The notes under the pieces are model-generated. The model was not told the DNA's origin. It saw only the letters and a program-made list of their open reading frames with translations, and did no database searches. A DNA stretch of 34,527 nucleotides. Source: a virus (lineage: Duplodnaviria; Heunggongvirae; Uroviricota; Caudoviricetes). Both the position numbers and the translations under genes were made by a program. The stretch lies in IMG/VR virus record IMGVR_UViG_3300029702_000330. One strand, given 5' to 3'. Shown here piece after piece: positions 17,700-27,767 of the stretch. The first letter of the stretch is position 1; each line of letters opens with the position of its first letter.

Positions 17700-18060
17700 G
17701 GTAATATTAAATCGGAACATTTACATCGCGGAATGTAAAATTTAAATAAAAAGGACTCTTCCATGAGCCAAAATTCCTGAAATCTTAAGGGTAAGATAAA
17801 AGGTCTTAATCAGAATGACACTTTTATTAATAAATAAAGCTATTCTTTCATTGCTGTGTTTTTCTTTACAAAAGTAATCCTTGCTATGGGTGGTTAATCA
17901 TGCGTTAATGGTGTTCTGGTTTGTTACAAATTTATCTGAAGCAGTCATTGTTATAATTTTATTATTTGTATCTCTTGAGATTTCCTTGTTGGTTTTTCTC
18001 TCTGATATTTTTTTTCGGACCATTCTGCCCAAGGGCTAATTTCTTCAAAAGGTAATAATT

Positions 18061-18273
18061 ATGTCTAACAAAATGACTGGTTTAGTGAAATGGTTTAACC
18101 CTGAAAAAGGTTTTGGTTTCATCACGCCGAAAGATGGCAGCAAAGATGTGTTTGTCCATTTCTCAGCAATTCAGAGCAACGATTTCAAAACATTAACTGA
18201 GAATCAGGAAGTTGAATTTGGTATTGAGAACGGACCTAAAGGTCCTGCCGCTGTTCATGTAGTGGCGCTTTGA
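18061..18273 (+). CDS. Cold-shock protein family (CspI-like), 70 aa
   Basis: '[37 protein letters not shown]' canonical CspA-family sequence; long AT-rich 5' leader. Confidence 0.9.
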   Translation: MSNKMTGLVKWFNPEKGFGFITPKDGSKDVFVHFSAIQSNDFKTLTENQEVEFGIENGPKGPAAVHVVAL

Positions 18274-18472
18274 GGTAGACAATATTACAAACCATATTCA
18301 CTTTAGATGCCCGTGTTGTCATGGTTCCCAGTATAGAACATCATCTTTTGATGTTTCTGACATGAATCCTTTCGGGGCAAAATGTATCTTTTGTAAATCA
18401 ATGATGATTACATTTGATAATATTTCACAATACTTAAATGCCAGCCGTCTGTCGTTGGATTTAAAAAAGTGA
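18263..18472 (+). pseudogene. Zinc-ribbon paralogue of the 15754-15924 gene lacking a canonical start codon (possible pseudogene or non-canonical start)
   Basis: Frame encodes 'RCPCCHGSQYRTSSFDVSDMNPFGAKCIFCKSMM...', same CxCC...CxxC pattern as the other zinc-ribbon gene; no ATG/GTG/TTG upstream of the first Cys cluster; followed by a terminator hairpin at 18478-18500. Confidence 0.3.
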
Positions 18473-18544
18473 AAATGAAGGCTCCTTCGGGAGCTTTTTT
18501 GCTTGGTGTCTATTCGATGGATACTCACATACTACGGTAACATC

Positions 18545-18775
18545 ATGAAAAAAATCATAGTTTTTTTTAACTCTGAACCAGCAGTGGTAGTGCCAGCGAT
18601 GACTGGAGTTAACACCATCATGCGTGAATATCCAAATGGCGAAAAAACACACCTTACTGTAATGGCCGCAGGGTTTCCATCTCTGACCGGAGATCATAAA
18701 GTCATTTATGTAGCCGCGGATCGACATGTTACTTCAGAAGAAATTCTGGAAGCAGCAATAAGGCTCTTGAGTTGA
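18545..18775 (+). CDS. Hypothetical small protein (76 aa)
   Basis: ORF 'MKKIIVFFNSEPAVVVPAMTG...' from internal Met; weak RBS. Confidence 0.4.
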   Translation: MKKIIVFFNSEPAVVVPAMTGVNTIMREYPNGEKTHLTVMAAGFPSLTGDHKVIYVAADRHVTSEEILEAAIRLLS

Positions 18776-18946
18776 TTTGATGCTATTGCATTGATAATTC
18801 AGGAAAATTCTCTTTGTCTGTTTGTGTAAAATTTAGACTATCGTATGTTGATTATTGCGATGTTTCATCTTATCTTTTACACGTTTGCACCATATAATCG
18901 ACTTACTGTGTAACTGGAAAGTCATAACAGACTAAAAGAGGAAATG

Positions 18947-19120
18947 ATGAATATTGAAGACTTAAAAACAAAAGCAGAAGCAGATATTTCTGAATATATA
19001 ACAAAAAAAATTATTGAACTTAAGAAAAAGACCGGGAAAGAAGTTACCAGTATTCAGTTTACCGCACGGGAAAAAATGACGGGTCTTGAAAGCTATGATG
19101 TCAAGATTAATTTAATCTGA
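18947..19120 (+). CDS. GnsA/GnsB-family small protein (57 aa)
   Basis: Hand-translated 'MNIEDLKTKAEADISEYITKKIIELKKKTGKEVTSIQFTAREKMTGLESYDVKINLI', matching the GnsA/GnsB family from memory; AAGAGG RBS; absent from the ORF track because under 60 aa. Confidence 0.7.
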   Translation: MNIEDLKTKAEADISEYITKKIIELKKKTGKEVTSIQFTAREKMTGLESYDVKINLI

Positions 19121-19271
19121 TGTATTCAATAATAAAATTTATCCATAAACCTCGTTTTTACGGGGTTTTGTTATATTTGAATGGTTCCGAATATCTAAAT
19201 CACAATTGTTGATGGTTTTTATTAAACCAATGCAGTCCGGCTCAGGAGTGAGAGAAGCCGGACGTTATGGT

Positions 19272-19682
19272 TTAGCGTGGTAAGATCTGTGTAGTTTTCT
19301 GGATGCTTTCAGTAAATAGTAATGAGTTATCAAAGGTATAGTAATATCTTTGCTGTTCCTGGATATTTGTAACCCATCGGAAAACTCCTGCTTTAGCAAG
19401 ATTTTCCCTGTATTGTTGAAATGTGATTTCTTTTGATTTCAACTTATTATAGGAGGTCTCTATAAGATGTTTGTTTCTGGAGAATTTAACATTTACAACC
19501 TTTTTGAGTCCTTTTACTAACACTATGTTGTCGTTTTCTAACACAATGTGAATATTATCTGTGGCTAAATAGTAAATATAAAGTGAGACATTGTGACGTT
19601 TTAGCTCAGAATAAAATAATTCACAGTTTAAATCTTTACGCACTTGATCGAATATTTCTTTAAAAATGGCAGCCTGAGCCAT
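19272..19682 (-). CDS. Hypothetical prophage protein (YdfO/DUF1398-like), 136 aa
   Basis: GGAAGG RBS 7 nt before the internal Met at 19682; family assignment from memory only. Confidence 0.5.
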   Translation of the reverse strand: MAQAAIFKEIFDQVRKDLNCELFYSELKRHNVSLYIYYLATDNIHIVLENDNIVLVKGLKKVVNVKFSRNKHLIETSYNKLKSKEITFQQYRENLAKAGVFRWVTNIQEQQRYYYTFDNSLLFTESIQKTTQILPR

Positions 19683-19982
19683 TGGTAAACCTTCCATGTG
19701 ATACGATGGCGCGTAGTTTGCATTATCGTGTTTATTGTTTTAATCTGGTCTGACCTCTTTGTGTTTTGTTGATGATTTATGTCAAATATTAAGCCTGTTT
19801 TTAATGAATAGTGTTGATTGCGTAACAAAGTTGAGCCTTGCTGGCATCCAGGAGGGATATGCAACCGACAGATGTATGTAAGGTCGATGTACTCAAACTT
19901 TCATACTTTTCCTCTTTTATGCAGAAAGATTTGAAGTAATATTTTAACCGCTAGATGACGAGCAAACGCATGGAGCGACAAA

Positions 19983-20189
19983 ATGAATAAAGAACAATCT
20001 GCTGATGAACTCTCGTTGGATCTGATTCGTGTAAAAAATATGCTTAATAGCACCATTTCTATGAGTTACCCGGATGTTGTAATTGCATGTATAGAACATC
20101 AGGTGTCTCTGGAAGCATTCAGGGCAATTGAGGCAGCGTTGGTGAAGCACGATAAGAATTCGAAGGATTATTCCCTGGTGGTTGACTGA
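19983..20189 (+). CDS. Hypothetical small protein (68 aa)
   Basis: GGAG RBS 7 nt upstream of ATG. Confidence 0.45.
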   Translation: MNKEQSADELSLDLIRVKNMLNSTISMSYPDVVIACIEHQVSLEAFRAIEAALVKHDKNSKDYSLVVD

Positions 20190-20753
20190 GCACCATAACT
20201 GCTAATCATTCAAACTATTTCACCTGTGACAGAGTCAATGTCGCATTCTGTCACTGTCAGGCTAATACAGAGCTGCAATTCAACTACTGCAATGTCCTCG
20301 TAATTAGGTGAATTTACAATATCGTCCTGTTCGGATGCCGGCTGCATTGCTGAAGATGAGGCATTTATGGTTCGCATATTTTCCCCTCATGCTCGTCAGT
20401 CCTGTGCGTAGGAAGAAACAGGACACTCACACTAATTTGTGTGGGCATGCTGTGATGTCCTTCTGAATTATTCCTATGCCATTATGTAAAGCGCTGTATC
20501 AGATGCTCGTCACGGCTGTCAGGCTGTCGGGTCCTCCCGGTGGGGGCCCCTGCCACGGGGCGGGAGCGTCGCGGAAAAAGGCTAGTTTTTGCATTTCCAT
20601 GGCGGCGGCAGCATGTTTGGTAATTTATTGATAATTAAAAGTTATTTCTCTTTTCACCTGTACAATATTTCTTTCTCCCTGTCATTAGACCAGTTTGCAA
20701 TTAATTGAAATATATAAATAAACATGATTTTCACCTGCCAGATGGAGTTGCTT

Positions 20754-21281
20754 ATGTCAAATGTGAGCGGGATCGGTGATGCTTATTACTGGAGTGTTTT
20801 TAAAATCGCTGAGGCCTTTGGGCTTCACCGGGACACAGTAAAAAAACGGCTCCTTGCGGCCAACACTCCTGTGGCTGCGACTGTCAGGGGGAACCCCGTT
20901 TACGCCCTGCAGCATGTCGGGCCAGCCCTGTTTAGTGTGAAGCATGAGGCAGCAGACTCTGTTCATGATCCATCCCGTATGGAGCCGAAAGAGAGAAAGG
21001 ACTGGTACCAATCTGAAAATGAAAGGATCAAGCTGGAAAAGGAGCAGCGAAAACTCATCCCCGTTGATGAAGTAGTCATCGTCTATTCGTCCATGAGAAA
21101 GGCTGTCGTCCAGGTTCTGGAGACAATTCCGGATGTTCTTGAACGCGATTGCGCCCTGACTCCTCAGGCCGTCGGCGTTGTACAGCAGGCCATTGATGAC
21201 CTGCGATACACTCTTCAGGAAAAATCCTACGAGGCTTGTGCTGCTGAATTAATTCCTGATGAGGAAGGAGAGAGTCTCTAG
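20754..21281 (+). CDS. Terminase small subunit (Nu1/NohA-like DNA packaging protein)
   Basis: 175 aa with GGAG RBS; directly precedes the large terminase gene; N-terminal HTH-like segment. Confidence 0.75.
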   Translation: MSNVSGIGDAYYWSVFKIAEAFGLHRDTVKKRLLAANTPVAATVRGNPVYALQHVGPALFSVKHEAADSVHDPSRMEPKERKDWYQSENERIKLEKEQRKLIPVDEVVIVYSSMRKAVVQVLETIPDVLERDCALTPQAVGVVQQAIDDLRYTLQEKSYEACAAELIPDEEGESL

Positions 21282-21289
21282 GAGGAATA

Positions 21290-23389
21290 ATGGGTTTTTC
21301 ATCAGCCCGAAATTTGGGAAGGGACATATCGGCAGGATTTTCCCCACCACGTCGCATGCCGATTTCGGAGGCTGTTAAAAAATTCATGCGTGTTCCCAAG
21401 GGGGCTGGTAACTCGGTGCCATGGGATCCTGAACTGACACCCTACATCATTGAGCCCATGAACTGCCTGGCATCGCGTGAATACGATGCGGTGATTTTTG
21501 TTGGTCCTGCGCGAACAGGGAAGACCATTGGTCTGATCGATGGATGGATTGTCTATACCATCGTTTGCGATCCTTCGGACATGCTCGTTGTGCAGATGAC
21601 CGAAGATAAGGCCCGCGAGCATTCTAAAAAGCGCCTCGACAGAACGTTCAGAAGCAGTGCGGCGGTAAAGAAAAGAATGAGTCCACGTCGTAACGACAAT
21701 AATGTCCATGATAAGACGTTCAGGGATGGCTCGTTCCTTAAAATTGGTTGGCCCTCGGTCAACATTATGTCGTCGTCGGATTACCGGTTTGTCGCCTTAA
21801 CCGATTACGACCGTTTTCCGGAGAATATCGACAGCGAGGGTGATGGTTTCTCCCTGGCCTCAAAACGTACCACCACATTTATGTCCGCTGGGATGACTCT
21901 GGTGGAGAGCTCGCCGGGACGTGACATCTGCGACAGCAAATGGCGACGTAAGTCGCCTCATGAAGCGCCACCGACGACTGGTATTCTTTCCCTTTACAAT
22001 CGTGGTGACCGCCGCCGCTGGTACTGGTCATGTCCGCACTGCGGTGAATATTTTCAGCCAGCCATGGATGCCATGACCGGCTACCGTAATGAACCGGATC
22101 CCTTTAAAGCCAGTGAGGCGGCGTATCTACTTTGCCCGCACTGCAGCGGCATTATCACTGCGGAGAAAAAGCGTGAGCTCAATAGTGCAGGAGTCTGGTT
22201 GCGTGAAGGTCAGGTCATTGATCGTAACGGCAACGTTTCCGGTGAACCGCGCCGCTCCCGTATCGCCAGTTTCTGGATGGAAGGGCCAGCTGCTGCGTAT
22301 CAGACCTGGGCGCAACTGGTTTACAAATTACTGACTGCAGAACAGGAGTATGAAGCGACAGGAAGCGAAGAAACACTCAGGGCGGTTATCAACACCGACT
22401 GGGGATTGCCTTATCTTCCTCGTGCCAGCATGGAGCAACGAAAAAGTGAACTGCTTGAGCAGCGGGCAGAGCCAGTTCCTTCCCGCAGTGTGCCGGATGG
22501 CGTTAATTTCCTTGTGGCGACAGTGGATGTGCAGGCGGGACGTCATCGCCGTTTTGTGGTTCAGGTAACGGGCTATGGCAGTCGTGGCGAACGCTGGATT
22601 ATTGATCGTTACAACATCACGCAGTCATTGCGCAGTGACTGCGACGGGGAGAGCCAGCGAATTGATCCGGCCAGCTATCCGGAAGACTGGGATGTCCTGC
22701 TGACGGATGTTTTTCATAAAAGCTGGCCGCTGGCCTCCGATCCTTCTCAACAAATGCGACTGATGGCAATGGCGGTGGACTCCGGCGGTGAAGACGGGGT
22801 CACTGATAATGCCTATAAATTCTGGCGTCGTTGCCGTCGTGATGGCCTTGGTAAACGTATTTACCTGTTTAAGGGTGACAGCATCCGGCGCGCAAAACTG
22901 ATCAGCCGTACATTCCCTGATAACACCGGACGAACGGGCCGCCGGGCGCAGGCCGCAGGTGATGTGCCGCTCTGGCTTCTTCAGACGGATGCCCTGAAAG
23001 ACCGGGTGAATAACGCGTTATGGCGTGACTCGCCAGGTCCCGGCTATGTGCATTTTCCTGACTGGCTGGGGAGCTGGTTTTACGACGAACTGACGTATGA
23101 AGAGCGGAGCAGTGACGGGAAATGGAGTAAGCCGGGGCGCGGTGCCAACGAAGCCTTTGACCTGATGGTGTATGCCGAGGCTCTGGTCATTCTGCATGGA
23201 TACGAAAAGATCCGCTGGCCGGATGTACCGGAATGGGCGAGCCGGGAAACCTGGCTGGAGTGTGTCCCGGACAGTACCGAACCGTCACCCTCACCGGAAC
23301 CGGTATCCACGCCTGTTAAAAAACAAAAACGGAAGAAAACAGTAACTGACGATGTTAACCCCTGGCTGACTTCCGGAGGATGGTTATGA
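21290..23389 (+). CDS. A: Terminase large subunit (lambda gpA-like)
   Basis: 699-aa ORF, GGAGG RBS; Walker A-like 'GPARTGKT'; size and position as lambda A. Confidence 0.95.
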   Translation: MGFSSARNLGRDISAGFSPPRRMPISEAVKKFMRVPKGAGNSVPWDPELTPYIIEPMNCLASREYDAVIFVGPARTGKTIGLIDGWIVYTIVCDPSDMLVVQMTEDKAREHSKKRLDRTFRSSAAVKKRMSPRRNDNNVHDKTFRDGSFLKIGWPSVNIMSSSDYRFVALTDYDRFPENIDSEGDGFSLASKRTTTFMSAGMTLVESSPGRDICDSKWRRKSPHEAPPTTGILSLYNRGDRRRWYWSCPHCGEYFQPAMDAMTGYRNEPDPFKASEAAYLLCPHCSGIITAEKKRELNSAGVWLREGQVIDRNGNVSGEPRRSRIASFWMEGPAAAYQTWAQLVYKLLTAEQEYEATGSEETLRAVINTDWGLPYLPRASMEQRKSELLEQRAEPVPSRSVPDGVNFLVATVDVQAGRHRRFVVQVTGYGSRGERWIIDRYNITQSLRSDCDGESQRIDPASYPEDWDVLLTDVFHKSWPLASDPSQQMRLMAMAVDSGGEDGVTDNAYKFWRRCRRDGLGKRIYLFKGDSIRRAKLISRTFPDNTGRTGRRAQAAGDVPLWLLQTDALKDRVNNALWRDSPGPGYVHFPDWLGSWFYDELTYEERSSDGKWSKPGRGANEAFDLMVYAEALVILHGYEKIRWPDVPEWASRETWLECVPDSTEPSPSPEPVSTPVKKQKRKKTVTDDVNPWLTSGGWL

Positions 23390-23598
23390 ACCAGAATGAT
23401 ATCGAAGCCATGATTCAGCGTTATACGGAAGCTGAAATGGCGGTGCTGGACGGAAAATCCGTCACCTTTAATGGTCAGCAGATGACCATGGAAAACTTAT
23501 CTGAGATCCGGCAGGGACGGCAGGAGTGGGAGCGCCGCCTTGCGGCTCTGATTACACGACGACGGGGGCATCCCGGGTACCGGCTGGCGAGGTTCTGA
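23386..23598 (+). CDS. W: Head-tail joining protein W (gpW-like)
   Basis: 70 aa; ATGA overlap with terminase stop, GGAGGA RBS; C-terminal 'RRRGHPGY' resembles lambda W. Confidence 0.8.
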   Translation: MNQNDIEAMIQRYTEAEMAVLDGKSVTFNGQQMTMENLSEIRQGRQEWERRLAALITRRRGHPGYRLARF

Positions 23599-25106
23599 TG
23601 GCAATTCTTGATGATGTGATTGGCGTTTTTTCACCAGGATGGAAAGCGGCAAGGCTGCGTTCCCGTGCGGTGATCCAGGCTTATGAGGCCGTAAAAACGA
23701 CGCGGACACACAAAGCCCGGCGGGAAAACCGAACTGCCGACCAGTTAAGCCAGTACGGGGCCGTGTCGTTACGTGAGCAGGCCCGTTACCTTGATAACAA
23801 CCACGATCTGGTCATTGGTGTATTTGACAAGCTGGAAGAACGGGTGGTGGGGAAAAACGGGATTATTGTCGAGCCACATCCGGTATTACGCAATGGGGCC
23901 ATTGCCCGTGACCTGGCTGCGGAGATTCGCACCCGATGGAGTGAATGGTCTGTCAGCCCGGAAGTCACCGGGCAGTTTACCCGTCCGATGCTGGAACGTC
24001 TGATGCTGCGTACCTGGCTGCGCGATGGTGAGGTGTTTGCCCAGATGGTTTCCGGGCGCATAAACAGCCTGACGCCTTCTGCCGGTGTTCATTTCTGGCT
24101 GGAGGCACTCGAGCCGGACTTTATTCCCATGACCAGTGATGAGAGCAACAGGCTGAATCAGGGCGTGTTTGTTGATGACTGGGGGCGTCCCGAAAAATAT
24201 CTGGTGTATAAAAGTCGTCCTGTATCCGGACGGCAGATGGAAACCAAAGAAGTGGATGCAGAGCGAATGCTGCATCTTAAATTTGTTCGCCGTCTGCACC
24301 AGATGCGCGGGACGTCTTTATTGTCCGGTGTACTGATCCGCCTCAGTGCCCTGAAAGAGTATGAAGATTCTGAGCTGACTGCAGCAAGGATCGCCGCTGC
24401 TCTGGGGATGTACATCCGCAAAGGCGACGGGCAGAGCTATGAACCGGATGGTAATGGCAGCAAGGATAAGGAACGCGAGCTTACCATTCAGCCAGGCATT
24501 ATTTACGACGATCTGAAACCCGGCGAAGAAATCGGAATGGTGAAGTCGGATCGTCCCAATCCTAACCTTGAAACTTTTCGTAATGGTCAGTTGCGTGCAG
24601 TGGCGGCTGGCAGTCGTCTGAGTTTTTCCAGTACAGCGCGCAACTATAACGGCACTTACAGCGCCCAGCGTCAGGAGCTGGTTGAATCCACTGATGGCTA
24701 CCTGATCCTGCAGGACTGGTTTATTGGTGCCGTCACCCGCCCGATGTACCGTGCCTGGCTGAAACAGGCTGTGGCATCCGGTGTTATCAGGCTACCCCGC
24801 GATCTTGACCGTTCTTCACTGTATACCGCGGTGTATTCCGGACCGGTGATGCCGTGGATTGACCCTGTTAAGGAGGCTGAGGCCTGGAAAATCCAGATTC
24901 GTGGTGGAGCGGCGACAGAATCAGACTGGGTACGTGCTGGTGGTCGTAATCCGGATGATGTCAAACGTCGGCGCAAGGCCGAAATTGATGAAAACCGCAA
25001 GCTGGATCTGGTATTTGATACCGATCCGGCCAGTGATAAAGGAGGCAGCAGTGCCGCAACGAAACGACAGGAGCCGCAGCACATCGACGACCAGTCCGAA
25101 GAATAA
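23598..25106 (+). CDS. B: Portal protein (lambda gpB-like)
   Basis: 502 aa from ATG overlapping the W stop (TGATG); size and position as a lambda-family portal. Confidence 0.9.
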   Translation: MAILDDVIGVFSPGWKAARLRSRAVIQAYEAVKTTRTHKARRENRTADQLSQYGAVSLREQARYLDNNHDLVIGVFDKLEERVVGKNGIIVEPHPVLRNGAIARDLAAEIRTRWSEWSVSPEVTGQFTRPMLERLMLRTWLRDGEVFAQMVSGRINSLTPSAGVHFWLEALEPDFIPMTSDESNRLNQGVFVDDWGRPEKYLVYKSRPVSGRQMETKEVDAERMLHLKFVRRLHQMRGTSLLSGVLIRLSALKEYEDSELTAARIAAALGMYIRKGDGQSYEPDGNGSKDKERELTIQPGIIYDDLKPGEEIGMVKSDRPNPNLETFRNGQLRAVAAGSRLSFSSTARNYNGTYSAQRQELVESTDGYLILQDWFIGAVTRPMYRAWLKQAVASGVIRLPRDLDRSSLYTAVYSGPVMPWIDPVKEAEAWKIQIRGGAATESDWVRAGGRNPDDVKRRRKAEIDENRKLDLVFDTDPASDKGGSSAATKRQEPQHIDDQSEE

Positions 25107-27078
25107 TTCCTGGTTCAGGATGCAGGCTGGTCACCAGAGTGACGCGGATATTTATATTTATGACGAGATTGGTTTCTGGGGTGTTACAGCGAAGCAGTTT
25201 ATCAGTGATCTGAATGCACTGGGCGATATCACCCACATTAATCTCCATATCAATTCACCGGGTGGCGATGTCTTTGAAGGCATCGCCATTTTTAATGCAC
25301 TGAAAACACATGGTGCGTCCATTACCGTTTATGTCGACGGTGTGGCGGCGTCAATGGCGTCGGTCATTGCGATGGTGGGAAACCCGGTCATTATGCCGGA
25401 AAACACCTTCATGATGATTCATAAACCATTTGGCTTTACGGGCGGTGATGCGGAGGACATGCGCACCTATGCCGACCTGCTCGATAAGGTTGAGGCGGTT
25501 CTGTTACCCGCTTATGCACAGAAAACCGGGAAAACCACCGATGAAATTGCTGCCATGCTGGCGGATGAGACCTGGATGTCCGGTGCCGAATGTCTGGCAC
25601 AGGGATTTGCTGATCAGGTGACGCCAGCCGTTAAGGCAATGGCATGTATTCAGTCAAAACGTACAGAGGAATTTAAAAAGATGCCGGAATCCATTCGAAA
25701 CATGATTACTCCGCCACGCAACAGTGCTCCACGCGTACAGGATGATGAACCTGCAGCCTCCCGGACGCCAGTGCAGGCAGCAGCACCCGTGGTGGATGAA
25801 AACAGCATCCGTGCGCAGGTACTGGCAGAGCAAAAAGCGCGTGTAAACGGTATTAATGATCTGTTTGCCATGTTTGGCGGGCGTTATCAGACGCTGCAGG
25901 CTCAGTGTCTTGCCGATCCTGAATGTTCGCTGGAGCAGGCCCGCGAAAAGCTGTTGAACGAGATGGGGCGCGAGTCCACGCCATCCAATAAAAATACCCC
26001 GGCTCATATTTATGCCGGTAACGGTAATTTTGTGGGGGACGGGATCCGCCAGGCGCTGATGGCGCGTGCCGGATTTGAAAAAACCGAACGTGATAATGTC
26101 TACAACGGCATGACCCTGCGTGAATATGCCCGTATGTCACTGACTGAACGGGGTATTGGGGTTTCCAGTTATAACCCGATGCAGATGGTCGGTGCGGCGT
26201 TCACACACAGTACGTCTGACTTCGGTAATATTCTGCTGGATGTTGCGAACAAAGCCATTCTGCAGGGCTGGGAAGATGCCCCTGAAACCTATGAACAGTG
26301 GACGCGGAAAGGTCAGTTGTCTGATTTTAAAATTGCCCATCGTGTGGGTATGGGGGGCTTCAGTGCTCTGCGTCAGGTGCGTGAAGGGGCGGAATATAAA
26401 TACGTCACCACCGGAGATAAACAGGCCACTATTGCACTGGCGACCTATGGCGAGCTGTTCAGTATCACCCGTCAGGCCATTATCAATGATGATCTGAATA
26501 TGCTGACCGATGTCCCGATGAAACTGGGCCGTGCGGCGAAATCCACTATTGCCGATCTGGTTTATGCCATTCTGACGTCTAACCCGAAAATCTCCACAGA
26601 TAATGTAAGTCTGTTCGATAAAGCGAAACATGCAAACGTACTGGAGAGCGCTGCAATGGACGTGGCATCGCTGGATAAAGCCCGCCAGTTGATGCGCGTT
26701 CAGAAAGAGGGGGAGCGTCATCTGAATATTCGTCCTGCGTTCGTACTGGTACCGACGGCGATGGAGTCTGTTGCTAACCAGGTCATTCGCTCCTCAAGTG
26801 TCAAGGGGGCTGACATTAACGCCGGTATTATTAACCCGGTGAAAGATTTTGCGACCGTTATTGCAGAGCCTCGTCTTGATGATAACAGCCAGACCACCTT
26901 CTACCTGGCTGCGTCAAAAGGCTCCGATACGATTGAAGTGGCTTATCTCAACGGTGTGGATACGCCATATATTGATCAGATGGAGGGCTTCAGTGTGGAT
27001 GGCGTGACAACGAAAGTGCGTATTGACGCCGGTGTCGCGCCAGTTGATCACCGTGGTCTGGTGAAATGTACGGCGTAA
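25051..27078 (+). CDS. Prohead protease (ClpP/S14-like) fused to scaffold-like linker and major capsid protein
   Basis: GTG start with GGAGG 5 nt upstream; N-terminal ClpP-like core ('GVAASMASVIAMVG', 'MIHKP'); C-terminal roughly 350 aa capsid-like; followed by a terminator. Confidence 0.85.
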   Translation: MPQRNDRSRSTSTTSPKNNSWFRMQAGHQSDADIYIYDEIGFWGVTAKQFISDLNALGDITHINLHINSPGGDVFEGIAIFNALKTHGASITVYVDGVAASMASVIAMVGNPVIMPENTFMMIHKPFGFTGGDAEDMRTYADLLDKVEAVLLPAYAQKTGKTTDEIAAMLADETWMSGAECLAQGFADQVTPAVKAMACIQSKRTEEFKKMPESIRNMITPPRNSAPRVQDDEPAASRTPVQAAAPVVDENSIRAQVLAEQKARVNGINDLFAMFGGRYQTLQAQCLADPECSLEQAREKLLNEMGRESTPSNKNTPAHIYAGNGNFVGDGIRQALMARAGFEKTERDNVYNGMTLREYARMSLTERGIGVSSYNPMQMVGAAFTHSTSDFGNILLDVANKAILQGWEDAPETYEQWTRKGQLSDFKIAHRVGMGGFSALRQVREGAEYKYVTTGDKQATIALATYGELFSITRQAIINDDLNMLTDVPMKLGRAAKSTIADLVYAILTSNPKISTDNVSLFDKAKHANVLESAAMDVASLDKARQLMRVQKEGERHLNIRPAFVLVPTAMESVANQVIRSSSVKGADINAGIINPVKDFATVIAEPRLDDNSQTTFYLAASKGSDTIEVAYLNGVDTPYIDQMEGFSVDGVTTKVRIDAGVAPVDHRGLVKCTA

Positions 27079-27100
27079 ACGTCGCAGACAACAACTCTGA

Positions 27101-27120
27101 TGGCCCGTAAGGGCTTTTTT
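27101..27120 (+). terminator. Rho-independent terminator after the capsid gene
   Basis: GGCCCGTAAGGGC hairpin followed by TTTTTTT. Confidence 0.5.
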
Positions 27121-27164
27121 TGTACCTGAAATCAGCCCCTGAACGGGGCTGTGCGGAGACAGTT

Positions 27165-27488
27165 ATGGCAAAGAATTTTGTAGAAGAAGGAAAAACGGTG
27201 GCGATTGTTGCCAGTGCAGCCATCAGCAGCGGAGATCTGGTGCAGGTGGGTGATGTTTTTGCGGTGGCGCTGACCGATATTCCACAGGGTGAAACAGGCG
27301 ACGGCATGACCGAAGGTGTGTTTATGCTGCCTAAGCTGAAAACGGATGATATGAAAACGGGTAAGAAGGTTTATCTGAAGTCCGGAAAAGTTCAGCTGAC
27401 TAACAGCGGCTCTGATCCGCTGGTCGGGGTTGTCTGGGCAGATGCCGGAACCAGTGCAGAAGAAGTGCCGGTAAAACTCAATGTCTGA
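27165..27488 (+). CDS. Hypothetical head protein (108 aa), commonly found directly after major capsid genes
   Basis: GGAG RBS; position between capsid and head-tail connector genes. Confidence 0.55.
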   Translation: MAKNFVEEGKTVAIVASAAISSGDLVQVGDVFAVALTDIPQGETGDGMTEGVFMLPKLKTDDMKTGKKVYLKSGKVQLTNSGSDPLVGVVWADAGTSAEEVPVKLNV

Positions 27489-27756
27489 TCCCTTTTCCCG
27501 GCTGGCAGCGCGTATGGATGCGATCACGGTCAGAAAGATGGGAAAGACAGCCTCGATTAATGATGTCGATATGACTGTGATCCCGGGAGAAACACTGGCA
27601 GAGCTGAATGCTCTGTCCGGACCTGCGGTCTCTCTGGTGGTGTTTTCTTCGGGATACCGCCCACGGCGCGGGGATCGCGTTGTTTATGACGGACAACAAT
27701 GGACGGTCACACGGCATGAACGCTTTAACGGTAAGCCAATGATCTTTATTGAGTAA
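27481..27756 (+). CDS. Head-tail connector / head completion protein (FII-like position)
   Basis: 91-aa ORF overlapping the upstream stop; lies directly before the gpZ homologue. Confidence 0.5.
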   Translation: MSDPFSRLAARMDAITVRKMGKTASINDVDMTVIPGETLAELNALSGPAVSLVVFSSGYRPRRGDRVVYDGQQWTVTRHERFNGKPMIFIE

Positions 27757-27767
27757 AGAGGTGTGGG

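Noticed and set aside
24859-25050. ATG-initiated N-terminal extension of the capsid/protease ORF given in the ORF track
   Set aside because: It overlaps the portal 3' end in another frame and translates to a non-protein-like sequence; an in-frame GTG at 25051 with a perfect GGAGG 5 nt upstream is the far better start.
26137-26721. 194-aa ORF on the - strand inside the capsid gene, and similar long antisense ORFs within the exonuclease, terminase, portal and tape measure genes (for example 2205-2635, 21302-21709, 31104-31658, 32181-32666)
   Set aside because: Shadow ORFs antisense or out of frame to well-supported long genes; no RBS and biased, non-protein-like composition.
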